Part shown: positions 28,415-38,600 of the stretch, piece by piece
How the letters are laid out: each line of letters starts with the position of its first letter
How positions within the stretch are numbered: the stretch's first letter is position 1
NCBI GenBank assembly: GCA_017885655.1
Contig: JAFNFQ010000026.1
Span: 2,505-66,504 of the forward strand
Length of the DNA stretch: 64,000 nucleotides
Direction of reading: 5' to 3'
From: Methanobacteriota archaeon
GTDB lineage: Archaea; Thermoplasmatota; Thermoplasmata; RBG-16-68-12; JAFNFQ01
Program-made: the position numbers and the translations under genes
The notes under the pieces: model-generated
Seen by the model: only the letters and a program-made list of their open reading frames with translations
What the model was told of the DNA's origin: nothing
The model's database searches: none

Positions 28415-29152
28415 GTGATGTCAAGATGCCGCACGCACAAGCTCCTCCTGAAATGGACGCGCCTTCACTTCGAGTTAGGATTGTCGGCCTTGAGGGTGGC
28501 GAGGGAGATGGGCATGGTCGATTCCAATTGCCCAGTAGGAGAGCCATCATGTGCTTCCTGCCTGATTGGACCATGGAACCATGGCGCGACCGAACCCATG
28601 GGAGACCTGATGCCTCGTGGTTGGGGAGAAGGGCCCTCATTCGACCGAGAATCGTTTTATGCCGGCAGGTCGCGAGACTTCCCCCCGAGCGGGATAGGGT
28701 GCTCCTGCACTACGTCTTGGGGGGGCATTGGATTCACCCACCACCTTATATGTGGTGCCGTTGTAGGGAAGGTACGGGACGAGGACCGTGCCTTCGTCGT
28801 GGATTGCGGAGTCCCCGTCAGCGTGTTCTTGCCCCCCGGGATGTCTCCTAACGAAGGCGAGATGATAGAAGTCACGGGCAGACTTGATGCGACCTTGATT
28901 AGAGAAATGGATCCTCTTTTTACCCTTCCCGCGGAGTATCGCGAATTGCTCGAGATGCCCCCAGGCTCTAACTCTCGTCTATTAGAGAACCAGTTCATCA
29001 AGGAGTTCGAGCGGCATGGAATCTCTCTGGGCGGTCCCGTATGGGTTTCGATTACGGGGGATGGAAAGGAATTTCGCGTGGACGCTTCGGAGAGCCGGGA
29101 ATTCTTTATCGTCGAGACCGCGAGGGATTTGGCGGTTTACCCACCGCCCTAG
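28415..29152 (+). CDS. hypothetical protein, uncertain (atypical composition region)
   Basis: Longest ORF in a 2-kb stretch (27990-30150) of mixed-frame ORFs with lower GC3. The C-terminal half looks protein-like (…IEVTGRLDATLIREMDPLFTLPAEYRELLEM…). The start is unclear. Confidence 0.25.
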   Translation: MMSRCRTHKLLLKWTRLHFELGLSALRVAREMGMVDSNCPVGEPSCASCLIGPWNHGATEPMGDLMPRGWGEGPSFDRESFYAGRSRDFPPSGIGCSCTTSWGGIGFTHHLICGAVVGKVRDEDRAFVVDCGVPVSVFLPPGMSPNEGEMIEVTGRLDATLIREMDPLFTLPAEYRELLEMPPGSNSRLLENQFIKEFERHGISLGGPVWVSITGDGKEFRVDASESREFFIVETARDLAVYPPP

Positions 29153-30149
29153 GCCAATCAAATCGCACCGCTCCACGCACGTGGCGCCTTGCTCCACACG
29201 CGGAAGGTACGGCTCGGGATGCGGAGGAGAGACCTCTGCATTAGGACTAGAATGCTCCGAATGCGGAGGTGCTTCCCCCCAAAGCCTTCAGGCTCTGTCG
29301 GCATCGGGGAAAACCGACCAGGGAGTCTCAGTCGCTTCCTCCCGCTCGCTTTGACCCCTTCCAGAATCGACTGCAATGGTTCCGTCTACGGTCATCCATT
29401 CTCTTGATCCTGGTCGGGCAGTCTCGACTTCTCCGACGACTCGAGCGTGACTATCTGCTCGTCGATCTCCGCGATGAAACCATCCGTCACAGATTCCGCG
29501 CGACGACCGGAATCCCTCATCTGCTGCACCGCGCTTCGCTGTGCCAAACCACCCCGGAGTGGCGGGCGAAAACAAGACACCGAGAGTGGTCACCAAGGCG
29601 AGGAATGCATGGTACAACCTAACGCAAAGCGAGAGAGTGTTCTACAACCAGATTGCCGCTGCAAATGGTCTTCCTGGCATCTACCTCTTCGCGAGCATGT
29701 ATGTGATGGCTGTGCGCGGGGGGGCTTTGGGACAATTGGAATGAGATACCGAGTTAGCGCATCTCCTCCCGCGGCTAGATGCGGAGCTCCCTCTTGTCCG
29801 CCGCCGTCAAGGCCACCGACCTCGTATGCACCTCCGCGCCAAGCCCCCTCAGGAGACGGACGACCTGCCAATAGTCACCGACGCGGCAATGTCATCTAGG
29901 ATGTGTGTCGCCAAGTCGGCCTCAAAGGCGTCTAGGCTGCCTCTCATCAGGGACATCGCTTCATGTTATGCGCAAGGTTTTCACGCATGACTGATCAAAA
30001 GGAAAACTCCAGGAAGTCCAGAGGCATCGGATTCCTTGTCAACGGATACGGTGCGGCGCTGAAAGACGCGCGAGATCATGGGCGAGTGGAGTGGAGACTG
30101 CTCCTTGCCTACCTGAACGCATTGGCACGCCGTTGCGATTCTCTCCAAA

Positions 30150-33100
30150 TCAACCGCCCACGAACCATGTCGCGTCGGACGACAGGCACACCCAGTAGCC
30201 CTGCCCCGGCAGCATCAGGTCGTTCGGACCAAGCACCCGCAGATTGTAGTCGGGGGCAGACGGGCTAAAGCCCTCTATGCGCGAGATGGGCAATCCCGCC
30301 AACGCGTCTGCCACCCTCCTCGGCGTCATGCTGGGATAGCCGACGAGATTCCATCCCGCCTTGAGATGCACGGGGTACCCTGACGGCACGACTCCCGCCA
30401 CGGTGATTTGTGAAGGCCCCGAGCTCCCTGCCCAAAGCCCCATGCCGTTGTCCACGAAGAACAGGTCGCGATATCCCGCCGCGGTGTACTCTTTCCACGG
30501 ATCGACGGAGTCCGTTGAGTCAAAGTATCTCGCATATGTGAAGTTGAATGGACGAATCGTTGCGGTGGCCAGCACAGATGACGCGCTCGTGTTCTCGATC
30601 AGCAGCGGGAACGAGACGAGGTCGTGCCCCGTGAGATGTATCTTGTACGCACCCGCCTGATTCGACGGCGCAGATAGGCCCGCCGTGGAGTTCGCGAGTA
30701 CCTGGCAGAAGATGTTGTCCGGGCTGCGTTGGCCCATGTTCTGCAGCACCGCCCAGTCGTATCCCGGGGGCGCCACCACTACCGGGCCATAGGATGCGCC
30801 GCTCGGGTCATACACGTTTCCGCACCTCACGACATAGCCCGTCACTCTCCTGTACAGCCAGTCATCGGCGGATAGGTTCCAGGTCAGCCTGACATCCCAG
30901 AGACTGTTGCCATCCAGTTCGGCTCGGAGGTCTGAAGGCCCTCTCACCGGCACAATCGGAGCCGCCCCCGATCCTGTGAACGCCTTGACATAGATGTCCT
31001 TGTCCCCGAAGCCGTTCCTGTCGCTCTCCCAGGCGAGCCACATCGCGCCACTGGCCCCGCCACCGATGGCTACCTCCTCGTCAGCGTGCGGGTCCGTCGT
31101 CACCTGGAAGTCGGGGGACCAGCCGGTCTTGTTCCACACCTTGAGGAAGATGTCCTTGTTGCCGGTCCGATCGCTCTCCCAGGCGACATAGACGTAGCCG
31201 TTCGGGTTCGTCGCGATGGCGGGCTTGATGTCCTCTCCGATATCCGTGGTCAACTGCCTCTCAGCGGACCAAGTCGACCCGTCGTAGCTCCTGACGAAGA
31301 TGTCCTTGTTCCCGTTGCGGTCACTCTCCCACGCGACCCAAAGCGTGCCCGCGTTGTCGAACGTCACGACGGGCCTCACGTCCTGCGCGGCGTTCGTGCT
31401 GAGCCTCGTCGGCGTCGTCCATCCGGAGCCGCTGTTCGTGCTGTAGTACAGGTCGAACTGCTTGCCGGACTCCGATTCATAGAACACCCAGATGGTCCCG
31501 GTCGGAGACACCACGACTTTCGCCCCGCCCCACCACCCCTGGTTCCCAGGCCTCTTGTCTACATCCTGCTGCGCGGTCCATGTCGTGCCGTCGAACGACC
31601 GCGCGGAGATGTTCTCGTCGTTGAACGGGGTGTTGCTGATCTGCATGCCCGGCCGGAAGTACAGCGCGTAATACGTGTGCCTATACGCGGTCCAGAGCTT
31701 GCCGTCCGGCGCGAAGGCCGCAGATGGTGCACCGTCGCTCTCGTTGTGATCGACGGCGTTGGTGATTCGCTCGGGCGCATGCCAGCCGTCGTACGAGTGC
31801 ACTGCACCATAGAGGTCGTACTTCGCCGCCCAGTACCACATCGGGTGCCTCGTGGCGATGTAGTTGGCATACTCCACTTTGTTGCTCGAGAATATGAGCC
31901 ACATGTCGCCGTTCGGATCCGGAGCGAGAGTCGGCGCGCCGGTGTGCTTGTAGTTTTCGGCTATCGTCTCGACCTTTCCCCAGCTCGTCCCGTCGAAGTC
32001 GGTGGCATAGACGTCGAAGTTCTCGTACATCCCGAATGTGTGCCAGGTGAACCAGACGCGGCCATTCGTGTCGACTGCGATGTCTGGATCCATATCGTTG
32101 TGCTTGCTCTGGGAGATGAGTATCTCATCGCTCCATGTCCGCGCTTCGCGGGTGATTGTGAATTGCCTGCTCATGATGTTGTTGTCCTCGTCCAGCTCCT
32201 TGATCACTCCAGCGCGGTCAACAGCAACGAAGATGTTCTTGATTCCGACGATGCCGGCGGTGTCCCAGACGACGCTCGCGGTCTCTCTGCCTCCCGCGGC
32301 GATGGCGAGGATGACCTGCGTCAGGCCAATCTTCGTCCCGCCAGAACTCGGGTCGCCGTTGAAGAACTCAACGGGGACGTTTGCGGTGTCATTGAACCCC
32401 ACGTTCCAGATGTTGGCGGTAATCGTCACAGCCGTGTTCTCAGCAGGGTCCGTCGGGTCTGTCGTGATGTCGAGCATGTTCAATGTGAGGTCAGCATCCG
32501 CCTCCAGTTTCAGCGGATTTCTCATGACCTCCGCCAGCGATTCGTAGAGCGCCACAGAATGGTCGTAGGGCAGCTCCATGACAAGTACCTCGTGGCTTGT
32601 GATGTTCATGGAGGATACAGGCACGTGCACGTACCCGCCCGCCTCGCCGGTCTGGGTCATGTACGTGGCGCCGTACGCGTATCCGTGATACTGGGTGGTC
32701 CAATATGCCCTCCCGACGAGGATCCCGCGCGTCACATACCCGTCTTCAGAAGGTAAGAACGGATAGTAGCTCACGTTCCCTCCCGCCCAGGGATACATCT
32801 GTCCGGAGTATCTGTCCCTGTAGACGTACGTGGAGAAGTCGGGAATGTAACGGAAAATGGAGGCATTGGCTGACGGCTGCGCGACGGCGTACCAGCCGTT
32901 GAAGCCCGTCGAGTAGTTGGTGGTGACCAACTGCCCGTCGTTTCCTTGATTGTCATAGAAGAACCGGTAGGAGCCGTTCTCCAGGGGCTGCATCTCGTTC
33001 ACGTGCCGCTCATACCAGCCCCATCTGGTGTTCGTATACAGCTGCAGTGTGCCGTCGTTCATGCCCATGACGATGTCCTGGAAGCCGTCCCCGGTGAAGT

Positions 33101-34883
33101 CCCCGAACTCGGGGACGGTGTAGTCCTTGTTCCACCACACGCCACTTCCTATCGTGCCGAGCACGGAGGGCTTGAGCTGTGTGAAGCGGGGTGACGAGTT
33201 CGTCCCGGTGTTCGCGAAATAGATCAGGCTACCGAAAGTCGTGAAGTTCTGCCCCGAGACGAAGTCGAGCAACCCGTCCATCTCGACGTCCACGATCTCG
33301 GGCGTCGTGAAGTTCCCAGGCATCTTTGTCGGGCCATGGTTGAGGTAGGAGAACGTCACATCGTCCTTGACCCACGCCGGGTTGACCCTGTTGCCGTCGT
33401 TGCGATAGAAATCGAAACCACCAACGAACTTGCCCACCAGGAGGTCGAGGTCCCCGTCGGAGTCCACGTCAGCCAGTTCCGGGGCGGCGAAGAGCGGCAT
33501 GGCCATGCTGTTGACGCCCGTGAGCATCGCGTCGTCCCGCATCCAGACCGGAGAGGCGGGAGTCCCCGTGTTCCTGAAGGCGATGAGCTGCCCGCTCGCC
33601 AGACCCACGACCAGGTCCAAGTCGCCGTCGCCGTCCAGGTCCCCGAGGACCGGGGCGGTGTTGCTGTTCCAGGGCCCGCCGGGCGGAGCGAAGTTGGGCC
33701 TTGCGGTGAATATCGGATTCGATGGCCCGCCGGTGTTCTCATAGCCCGTGAGGGTACCCGCCAGCGAACCGACGATCATGTCCAGATCGCCATCGCCGTC
33801 GAGGTCGCCAGAAGATGGCGCGCTGCGGTTGCCGACGTCAAGGCCAACCAGTTTCGTCTGGTCCCATGTCCAGTTGAGCGCGGGAGTCTTCACCCATTGC
33901 CGGACGTGGTTCGGCGTCCCGTAGATGTACTCGTAGTTCCCGTCGTCAGCCATAAGCGCCGAGATCTCCATGACGAAACCGTTGTGGTTGTAGAACTTCT
34001 CGTTGACCTTCTTCGAGACGTACTCGTCGATGACGGAGCGGTTGTTGTAGACGATGACGGTTATGACGGCCCAGAGGAGGTCCGTGTCCCTTTCGAGGCT
34101 CGAGAGCATCCCGACCCCCCAGTGTATCCAGTAGGGGCTTTTGTAGACGAGATGAGTCGACACCATGACGTTGTTGCTGTCGACGACGATCGAGTCGGGG
34201 ACGCCCCATCCCAGCTGGATGCTCGGCTGGTCGGGGACGAGCAGGTCTCCCGCCACCCTCACCAGTATTCCGCTCTGTGCCTGGTAGGGGTAGGTCGTGT
34301 GGTTGTAGTAGACGCGCACGCTGTTCGTGTAGTAGAAGTCGGAGTTGTCGATCCAGATTCGGTAGTTCCTCATGTCGGTGGCGTTGCCGTCGGTGACGTA
34401 GATGTTCGGCGGATTGATGGAGAATCCCATGTCTCCAACGAGCGCCGTCCTGTTGCCGGGTTTGATGAAGTAACCCCTCTTCTCGCCCGCGTTGAAGCTG
34501 TCCTGGAAGGCAATCCTCATCCTGTGAACATACCCGCTGGGATAGAGCTCCACTGTGGAGTTCAACGGTCCCGACAGGACCTCGCTGTCATCGGTCTGCC
34601 GCCGCACCGAGAAGTTCGTCGAATCGGTGATCATAGAGTCGGGCAGGGTGAGGTTCATCTGGATGACTTCATCCGGCCTGTTGACTGCAATCGTGTTGGT
34701 GACGTTCAGCGCAACCGCCAATGGCGAGGCCATCGGGCGTGGCGACTCGCTGCCCGCCTCGCTCCCGCCATGCAAGTACGCCGGCATGAAAAGCATCGTC
34801 GCGACAATCGCAGCGCCAAGAACCTTCGTCAGCCGTGCGGTTGGAGAATCCGACAAGTGACCCCGACCCCTTGGGGGAGTCAA
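30150..34883 (-). CDS. giant secreted/surface protein (1577 aa) with FG-GAP/VCBS and PD40-like beta-propeller repeats
   Basis: N-terminal signal peptide. Repeated GDLDGDGDLD (FG-GAP/VCBS Ca-binding), repeated W(E)SDRNGNKDIF (PD40/TolB-like), many N-x-S/T sequons. No C-terminal TM. Confidence 0.85.
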   Translation of the reverse strand: MTPPRGRGHLSDSPTARLTKVLGAAIVATMLFMPAYLHGGSEAGSESPRPMASPLAVALNVTNTIAVNRPDEVIQMNLTLPDSMITDSTNFSVRRQTDDSEVLSGPLNSTVELYPSGYVHRMRIAFQDSFNAGEKRGYFIKPGNRTALVGDMGFSINPPNIYVTDGNATDMRNYRIWIDNSDFYYTNSVRVYYNHTTYPYQAQSGILVRVAGDLLVPDQPSIQLGWGVPDSIVVDSNNVMVSTHLVYKSPYWIHWGVGMLSSLERDTDLLWAVITVIVYNNRSVIDEYVSKKVNEKFYNHNGFVMEISALMADDGNYEYIYGTPNHVRQWVKTPALNWTWDQTKLVGLDVGNRSAPSSGDLDGDGDLDMIVGSLAGTLTGYENTGGPSNPIFTARPNFAPPGGPWNSNTAPVLGDLDGDGDLDLVVGLASGQLIAFRNTGTPASPVWMRDDAMLTGVNSMAMPLFAAPELADVDSDGDLDLLVGKFVGGFDFYRNDGNRVNPAWVKDDVTFSYLNHGPTKMPGNFTTPEIVDVEMDGLLDFVSGQNFTTFGSLIYFANTGTNSSPRFTQLKPSVLGTIGSGVWWNKDYTVPEFGDFTGDGFQDIVMGMNDGTLQLYTNTRWGWYERHVNEMQPLENGSYRFFYDNQGNDGQLVTTNYSTGFNGWYAVAQPSANASIFRYIPDFSTYVYRDRYSGQMYPWAGGNVSYYPFLPSEDGYVTRGILVGRAYWTTQYHGYAYGATYMTQTGEAGGYVHVPVSSMNITSHEVLVMELPYDHSVALYESLAEVMRNPLKLEADADLTLNMLDITTDPTDPAENTAVTITANIWNVGFNDTANVPVEFFNGDPSSGGTKIGLTQVILAIAAGGRETASVVWDTAGIVGIKNIFVAVDRAGVIKELDEDNNIMSRQFTITREARTWSDEILISQSKHNDMDPDIAVDTNGRVWFTWHTFGMYENFDVYATDFDGTSWGKVETIAENYKHTGAPTLAPDPNGDMWLIFSSNKVEYANYIATRHPMWYWAAKYDLYGAVHSYDGWHAPERITNAVDHNESDGAPSAAFAPDGKLWTAYRHTYYALYFRPGMQISNTPFNDENISARSFDGTTWTAQQDVDKRPGNQGWWGGAKVVVSPTGTIWVFYESESGKQFDLYYSTNSGSGWTTPTRLSTNAAQDVRPVVTFDNAGTLWVAWESDRNGNKDIFVRSYDGSTWSAERQLTTDIGEDIKPAIATNPNGYVYVAWESDRTGNKDIFLKVWNKTGWSPDFQVTTDPHADEEVAIGGGASGAMWLAWESDRNGFGDKDIYVKAFTGSGAAPIVPVRGPSDLRAELDGNSLWDVRLTWNLSADDWLYRRVTGYVVRCGNVYDPSGASYGPVVVAPPGYDWAVLQNMGQRSPDNIFCQVLANSTAGLSAPSNQAGAYKIHLTGHDLVSFPLLIENTSASSVLATATIRPFNFTYARYFDSTDSVDPWKEYTAAGYRDLFFVDNGMGLWAGSSGPSQITVAGVVPSGYPVHLKAGWNLVGYPSMTPRRVADALAGLPISRIEGFSPSAPDYNLRVLGPNDLMLPGQGYWVCLSSDATWFVGG

Positions 34884-34964
34884 GCCGCAGGGCCAACATC
34901 AAACTTTCGACGGCGCGAACCATACATGATGCCGGCGTCGCCGTGGAGTCGGGTTACCCTTCGA

Positions 34965-35520
34965 GATAGACTTCTCCTACGCCCAGACCGGGTCTTCCCG
35001 CACGGTTATGGGACTTGTCTACATCCGCGTCGATGCTATCCGATTCCACGCCGATCTAACGAGGACGGTTGCGGACCTCCCCCCGACCGTTCCTGAGTCC
35101 TCCTCGATTCTGACGAACCCCGCCTCGATCGTTGCGGAATCGCCCTCGATCCGGGTGGACCCTGCCTCGGTGTAGGAAGACCTCTCCTACGCGTAGGAAT
35201 TGTCCTCCTACAGCGGGACGGACATTTCCTACATCCGAATGGAACTCTCCTACGTGTAGGAGGACTCCATCCGGGTCGTCTACACCCCATCAGACCGGGG
35301 ACAGGTTTCTCCTACGTGTAGGAGGACCTTGCCCGAACATAGGAGGCTCCCTCCTGCGTGTAGGAACATGTCTCCTACGTGTAGGAGGACTCCGTCCAGA
35401 CGCGATTCGGGCCGTCAGCATGGTTTAGACCCTGGTCAGAGTGAGAACGACCTTCTCCTACGTGTAGGAGGACTCCTCCTCGGTGTAGGAGGACCTCGCC
35501 TACATGTAGGAAGATTCCGT
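34965..35520. repeat. array of >=12 copies/half-sites of an imperfect palindromic motif CTCCTAC-N3-GTAGGAG(GAC)
   Basis: Seen directly. Full copies at ~35183-35200, 35245-35266, 35307-35328, 35350-35366, 35372-35393, 35455-35476, 35477-35494, 35498-35518, plus half-sites. Lies between the stop of the 35680 gene and the start of the 34883 gene. Confidence 0.7.
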
Positions 35521-35679
35521 CCCGGAGGTCCTCCCCATAGAAACGGTCGAGGAGCAGGCCGTGGCGGCATGGCTGGAAAATATCCACGGCGGGAAATCCC
35601 CGATTCCCGAACGATGGCGGAAAAGCCTCACGATTCGCCTCGAGATGACGATGCTCGACATCCCAGTCGCTCGCGATGC

Positions 35680-38600
35680 TCATCCACCGAGCAGCCAAGT
35701 TGCGTCCGAGGAGACGTAAATCCAGTATCCGCGGCCTGGGGACATCATGTCGTCGCCGCCCAGGACTTTGAGGTTGTAAGGAGGAGCGGCAGGGTCTTCT
35801 CCCTCGATTCGCACGACAGGCAGGCCCGCCAGCGCGTCCGACACTGTCCGTGGAGTGAGGCTGGAATAGCCGACTAGATTCCAGCCCGCCTTCAACATGA
35901 TCGTGTATCCATTCGGCACCGTCCCCGTCACCGTGAGCTGACCTGGCCCAGAACTGCCGATCCACAATCCCATGTCGTTGCCTATTCCCACTGAATCGCG
36001 GGGGCCGATCATCGAGAATATCTTCCAAGGGCTCACCGCGTCGAGTTCATCGTAGTATCGCATGTATGTGAAGTTGGATGGTATGTTCGTGAGAGTCGCG
36101 AGCACGGACGTAACAGCAGGATCCTCGATGAGCAACGGGATCGAGATGAGGTTGTGCCCGGTCAGCGCGATTTTGTACGCACCCTGCTGGTTGGAAGGCG
36201 CGGTCGAAGCAAAGGGCGTGTGCGCGATCACATAGCAGAAGACATTCCTCGGGTCGCCCTGTCCGCGGCCAGCCAAGGTCAGCGACCTCACGCTGGCGGG
36301 TGTGTCTGCGACATTGACGTAGCCGACTCCGCTTCTATCATAGACATCCCCGCACATGACCGTGTATCCGTTCACAAGATTGGTCGACCAGTCGTGCACG
36401 GGGTAGCTCCAGGTCAACTTCACGTCCTCGTAGAGGGCTCCGGACAGCTCCGCCTTCAACGTAGGAGGCGGCAACTGCAGGACCTTGGCGATTATGTCCT
36501 TGTCGCCGTAGCCATTCCTGTCAGACTCCCAGACGAGCATCGCGCCCCCTGAGCCGGTCCCCGCGATCTTGACCTGCTCATCGGAGCGGGCATCTTTTGT
36601 AACCTGCAGGTCCGGCGTCCAGGCGGCGCCGTCGAAGACTTTCAGGAAGATGTCCTTATTCCCGGTCCTGTCGCTCTCCCATGCCATGAGGACGTTTCCC
36701 GTGCCGTCCGTGGAGATCGCGGGCTTCATATCCTCGCCAGGTTCGGTCGTGAGCCTGATGTCGTTCGACCACGATGTGCCGTTGAGGTATTTCACGTACA
36801 GGTCCTTCTCGCCGTCCCTGTCGCTCTCCCAAACGACGATAAGGCTTCCGCGCGAGTCGAAGGTCGCGACGGGCCTGACGTCTTGCCCGGGGTTGTTCGT
36901 CAACCTCGCGGGCGCACTCCATCCAGATCCGTTATTCTTGCTGTAGTAGATCTCGAACTGCGTCTGGCTGAGCTCGGATTCGTAGAACGCCCAGATCGTG
37001 CCGGACGGCGACACCGTCAGGTAGGCACCGCCCCACCAGCCTTGGTTTCCCGCTCGGTTGTCGACTACCTGCTCGCCGCTCCAGGAGGTCCCGTTGAACG
37101 ACCTGGCGGAGATGTTCATGTCCTGATAGGGGATGTTGTACATCTGCTGCCCATGGGAGTAGAGGTCGAAGTGCGTGTGCCTGAACGCCGTCCAAAGCGT
37201 GCCGTCTTGGGCGACCGCCACTCGCGGCGCCTGGTCGGCGTTGTCCTTCTCGACCGCCTGGGAGAAACGATACGGGGCCTGCCAGCCGCCTGACGAGTGG
37301 TTCAGGGCCCACAGGTCGAACTTCTGGCTCCAGTAATAAATGCCGTTCTTCGTCGTGATGAACTTGTCATACTCGACGATATTGCTGGAGAAGATCAGCT
37401 GTACGTCCCCGTTAGGCATTGCGGCGAGGGCGGGCGCGCTCGTCCGCTTCATTCCCGATGTGAGCTGCTGGACGCCAGACATTGTATTCCCATCATAGAC
37501 CCTTGCGAACATGTCGAAGTCATCCTTTCTGACGAAAGTGTGCCACGCCACCCAGATGTCGCCGTTGGCATCGGTCACGAGGTCGGGATCCATGTCGTTG
37601 TATGTTGACTCCGAGAGTATCCAATCCCCGCTCCATGCCCTCCGCGTGGCTGTGATTTGAAACGTCCTGCTAGCGACGTTGTTGTCTTCGTCGGTCTCCG
37701 CTACCGTGTTCCCCCGATCCACCGCCACGAAGATCGTCCTCGCCCCACTTATGCCCACTGTGCTCCAGAGGGCGCTCGCACTGTAGACGCTCCCGGCCGG
37801 AATCGACGGGATCACGTAAGTCGTGTCAATCTTCGTGCCACCAGCCGACGGATCGCCATCGAAGAACTCCACCTGGACGTTGCTCGCGGTCTTGAACCCG
37901 GTGTTCCACACGTTGGCGAGAACCCAGACATCCTGTCCCTGCCCGGGGTCCGATGGATCGGTCGTGATGTCGATGGGGCGGAGCGTGAGATCGGGATCGC
38001 TGTCCAGAATCAACGGGTTCTTCATCTTCGCGGCGATCGAATCATAGAGCGCGGCGGAATGGTCGTACGGCAGCTCCAGCACCAGGGTCTCCCTGCTCCT
38101 GTGGTCCATGGCGGTCATCGGGACCTGCAGGAACCCGCCCGCCGTCCCGGTCTGCGAGAGGTACGTTCCGCCGTATCCGTAGCCGCCTGCGGTCGCATCG
38201 GTGGCGGCGCGGGTGACTAGCATCCCCCTCCCGATCCGCCCGTCCTCTCCCGGGATGAACGGGTAGTAGCTCGTGTTCCCGCCGGCCCACGGATACATCT
38301 CGCCTGAATATTCGTCCCTGTACGCGTACCTCGCGAAGTCGGGCACGTAGCGGAATATCGAAGCGTTGGCGGAAGGGTTGGAGACGACGTACCATCCGTA
38401 GAAGTCGCTGGAGTAATTCCTGATCACATATTGCCCGTCGTTGCCGTCCTGGTCATAGTAATACCTGTACGAACCGTTCTGCAGGGGCTGCATCGTGTTC
38501 GCGTGTCTCTCGGGCAGAGAGTATCCCTGGTTCGCATAGAACTCCAGGGTCCCGTTGTTGATGCCGATCGCTATGTCCTCGAGCCCGTCGCCGTTCAGGT

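Noticed and set aside
30994-35096. Plus-strand ORFs 31086..32756 (556 aa) and 33336..35096 (586 aa)
   Set aside because: They are antisense to the 1577-aa surface-protein gene. The translations are R/V/D/G-rich low complexity, and the second runs through the palindromic repeat array.
34965-35520. CRISPR array interpretation of the palindromic repeat cluster
   Set aside because: The repeats are ~16-19 bp with irregular 10-60-bp spacing, each unit is itself an inverted repeat, and no cas genes or leader are present.
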